Assembly (NCBI GenBank): GCA_049589475.1
Contig: JBAWAV010000538.1
Location: forward strand, 1 to 62,609
Source of the DNA: Mycobacterium sp.
GTDB lineage: Bacteria; Actinomycetota; Actinomycetes; Mycobacteriales; Mycobacteriaceae
Direction of reading: 5' to 3'
DNA length: 62,609 nucleotides
Both the position numbers and the translations under genes were made by a program. Of the stretch, positions 62,516-62,609 are shown piece after piece (positions within the stretch are counted from its first letter, which is position 1; every line of letters starts with the position of its first letter). The notes beneath the pieces were generated by a model. It did no database searches. It worked only from the letters and a program-made list of their open reading frames with translations, and had not been told where the DNA came from.

Positions 62516-62609
62516 GCACGGGTCAGCGACCGTCGTCGCGGCCGCGATGGTTGCTGTGCTGCTGTCCGTCACCGGCGGCGCCGGCTACCTCGGTGCCGCC
62601 GTGGGGGGG
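62511..62609 (+). CDS. Rv3654c-family TadE-like protein, partial (runs off window, start uncertain)
   Basis: Frame reads GEHGSATVVAAAMVAVLLSVTGGAGYLGAAV. Confidence 0.6.

Noticed and set aside
62603..62609. Terminal G run as a phase-variation tract
   Set aside because: At the window edge; cannot be distinguished from an assembly-end artefact

Overview
High-GC mycobacterial chromosome segment, syntenic with the M. tuberculosis Rv3709c to Rv3654c region (identifications are from recognising translated motifs and gene order; no database search was run). Core content in order: ask-asd, three paralogous Pro/Gly-rich membrane protein genes (two His-rich), ergothioneine operon egtABCDE, glpK, the MoxR/DUF58/DUF4350/DUF4129/RDD/SpoIIM cluster, tRNA-Pro(CGG), ponA2/whiB4, two ArsA-type ATPases, crp, nth-TlpA-Nudix-marP, acs, dppABCD, the Ms1 and 6C/B11 RNAs, and the ssd-tad (Flp pilus) locus. 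Accessory DNA is concentrated at about 13.6-14.4 kb and 24.9-33.65 kb. The main candidates for undescribed systems are: (1) a decayed ~3.5 kb integrative element in tRNA-Pro (46-bp att duplication, paired arm-type repeats, 5'-truncated tyrosine integrase and serine resolvase) that keeps three intact co-oriented cargo genes, namely a toxin-antitoxin-like pair behind a palindromic operator and an atypical Cys-rich uracil-DNA-glycosylase-fold protein, suggesting an anti-phage cassette; (2) a convergent heme-oxygenase-like diiron enzyme / HemK2-type methyltransferase / CDGSH Fe-S module with a SigF-type promoter at each outer end; (3) a secreted two-repeat protein whose ~200-aa mature part has no Lys or Arg. 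No CRISPR array or rRNA was seen.
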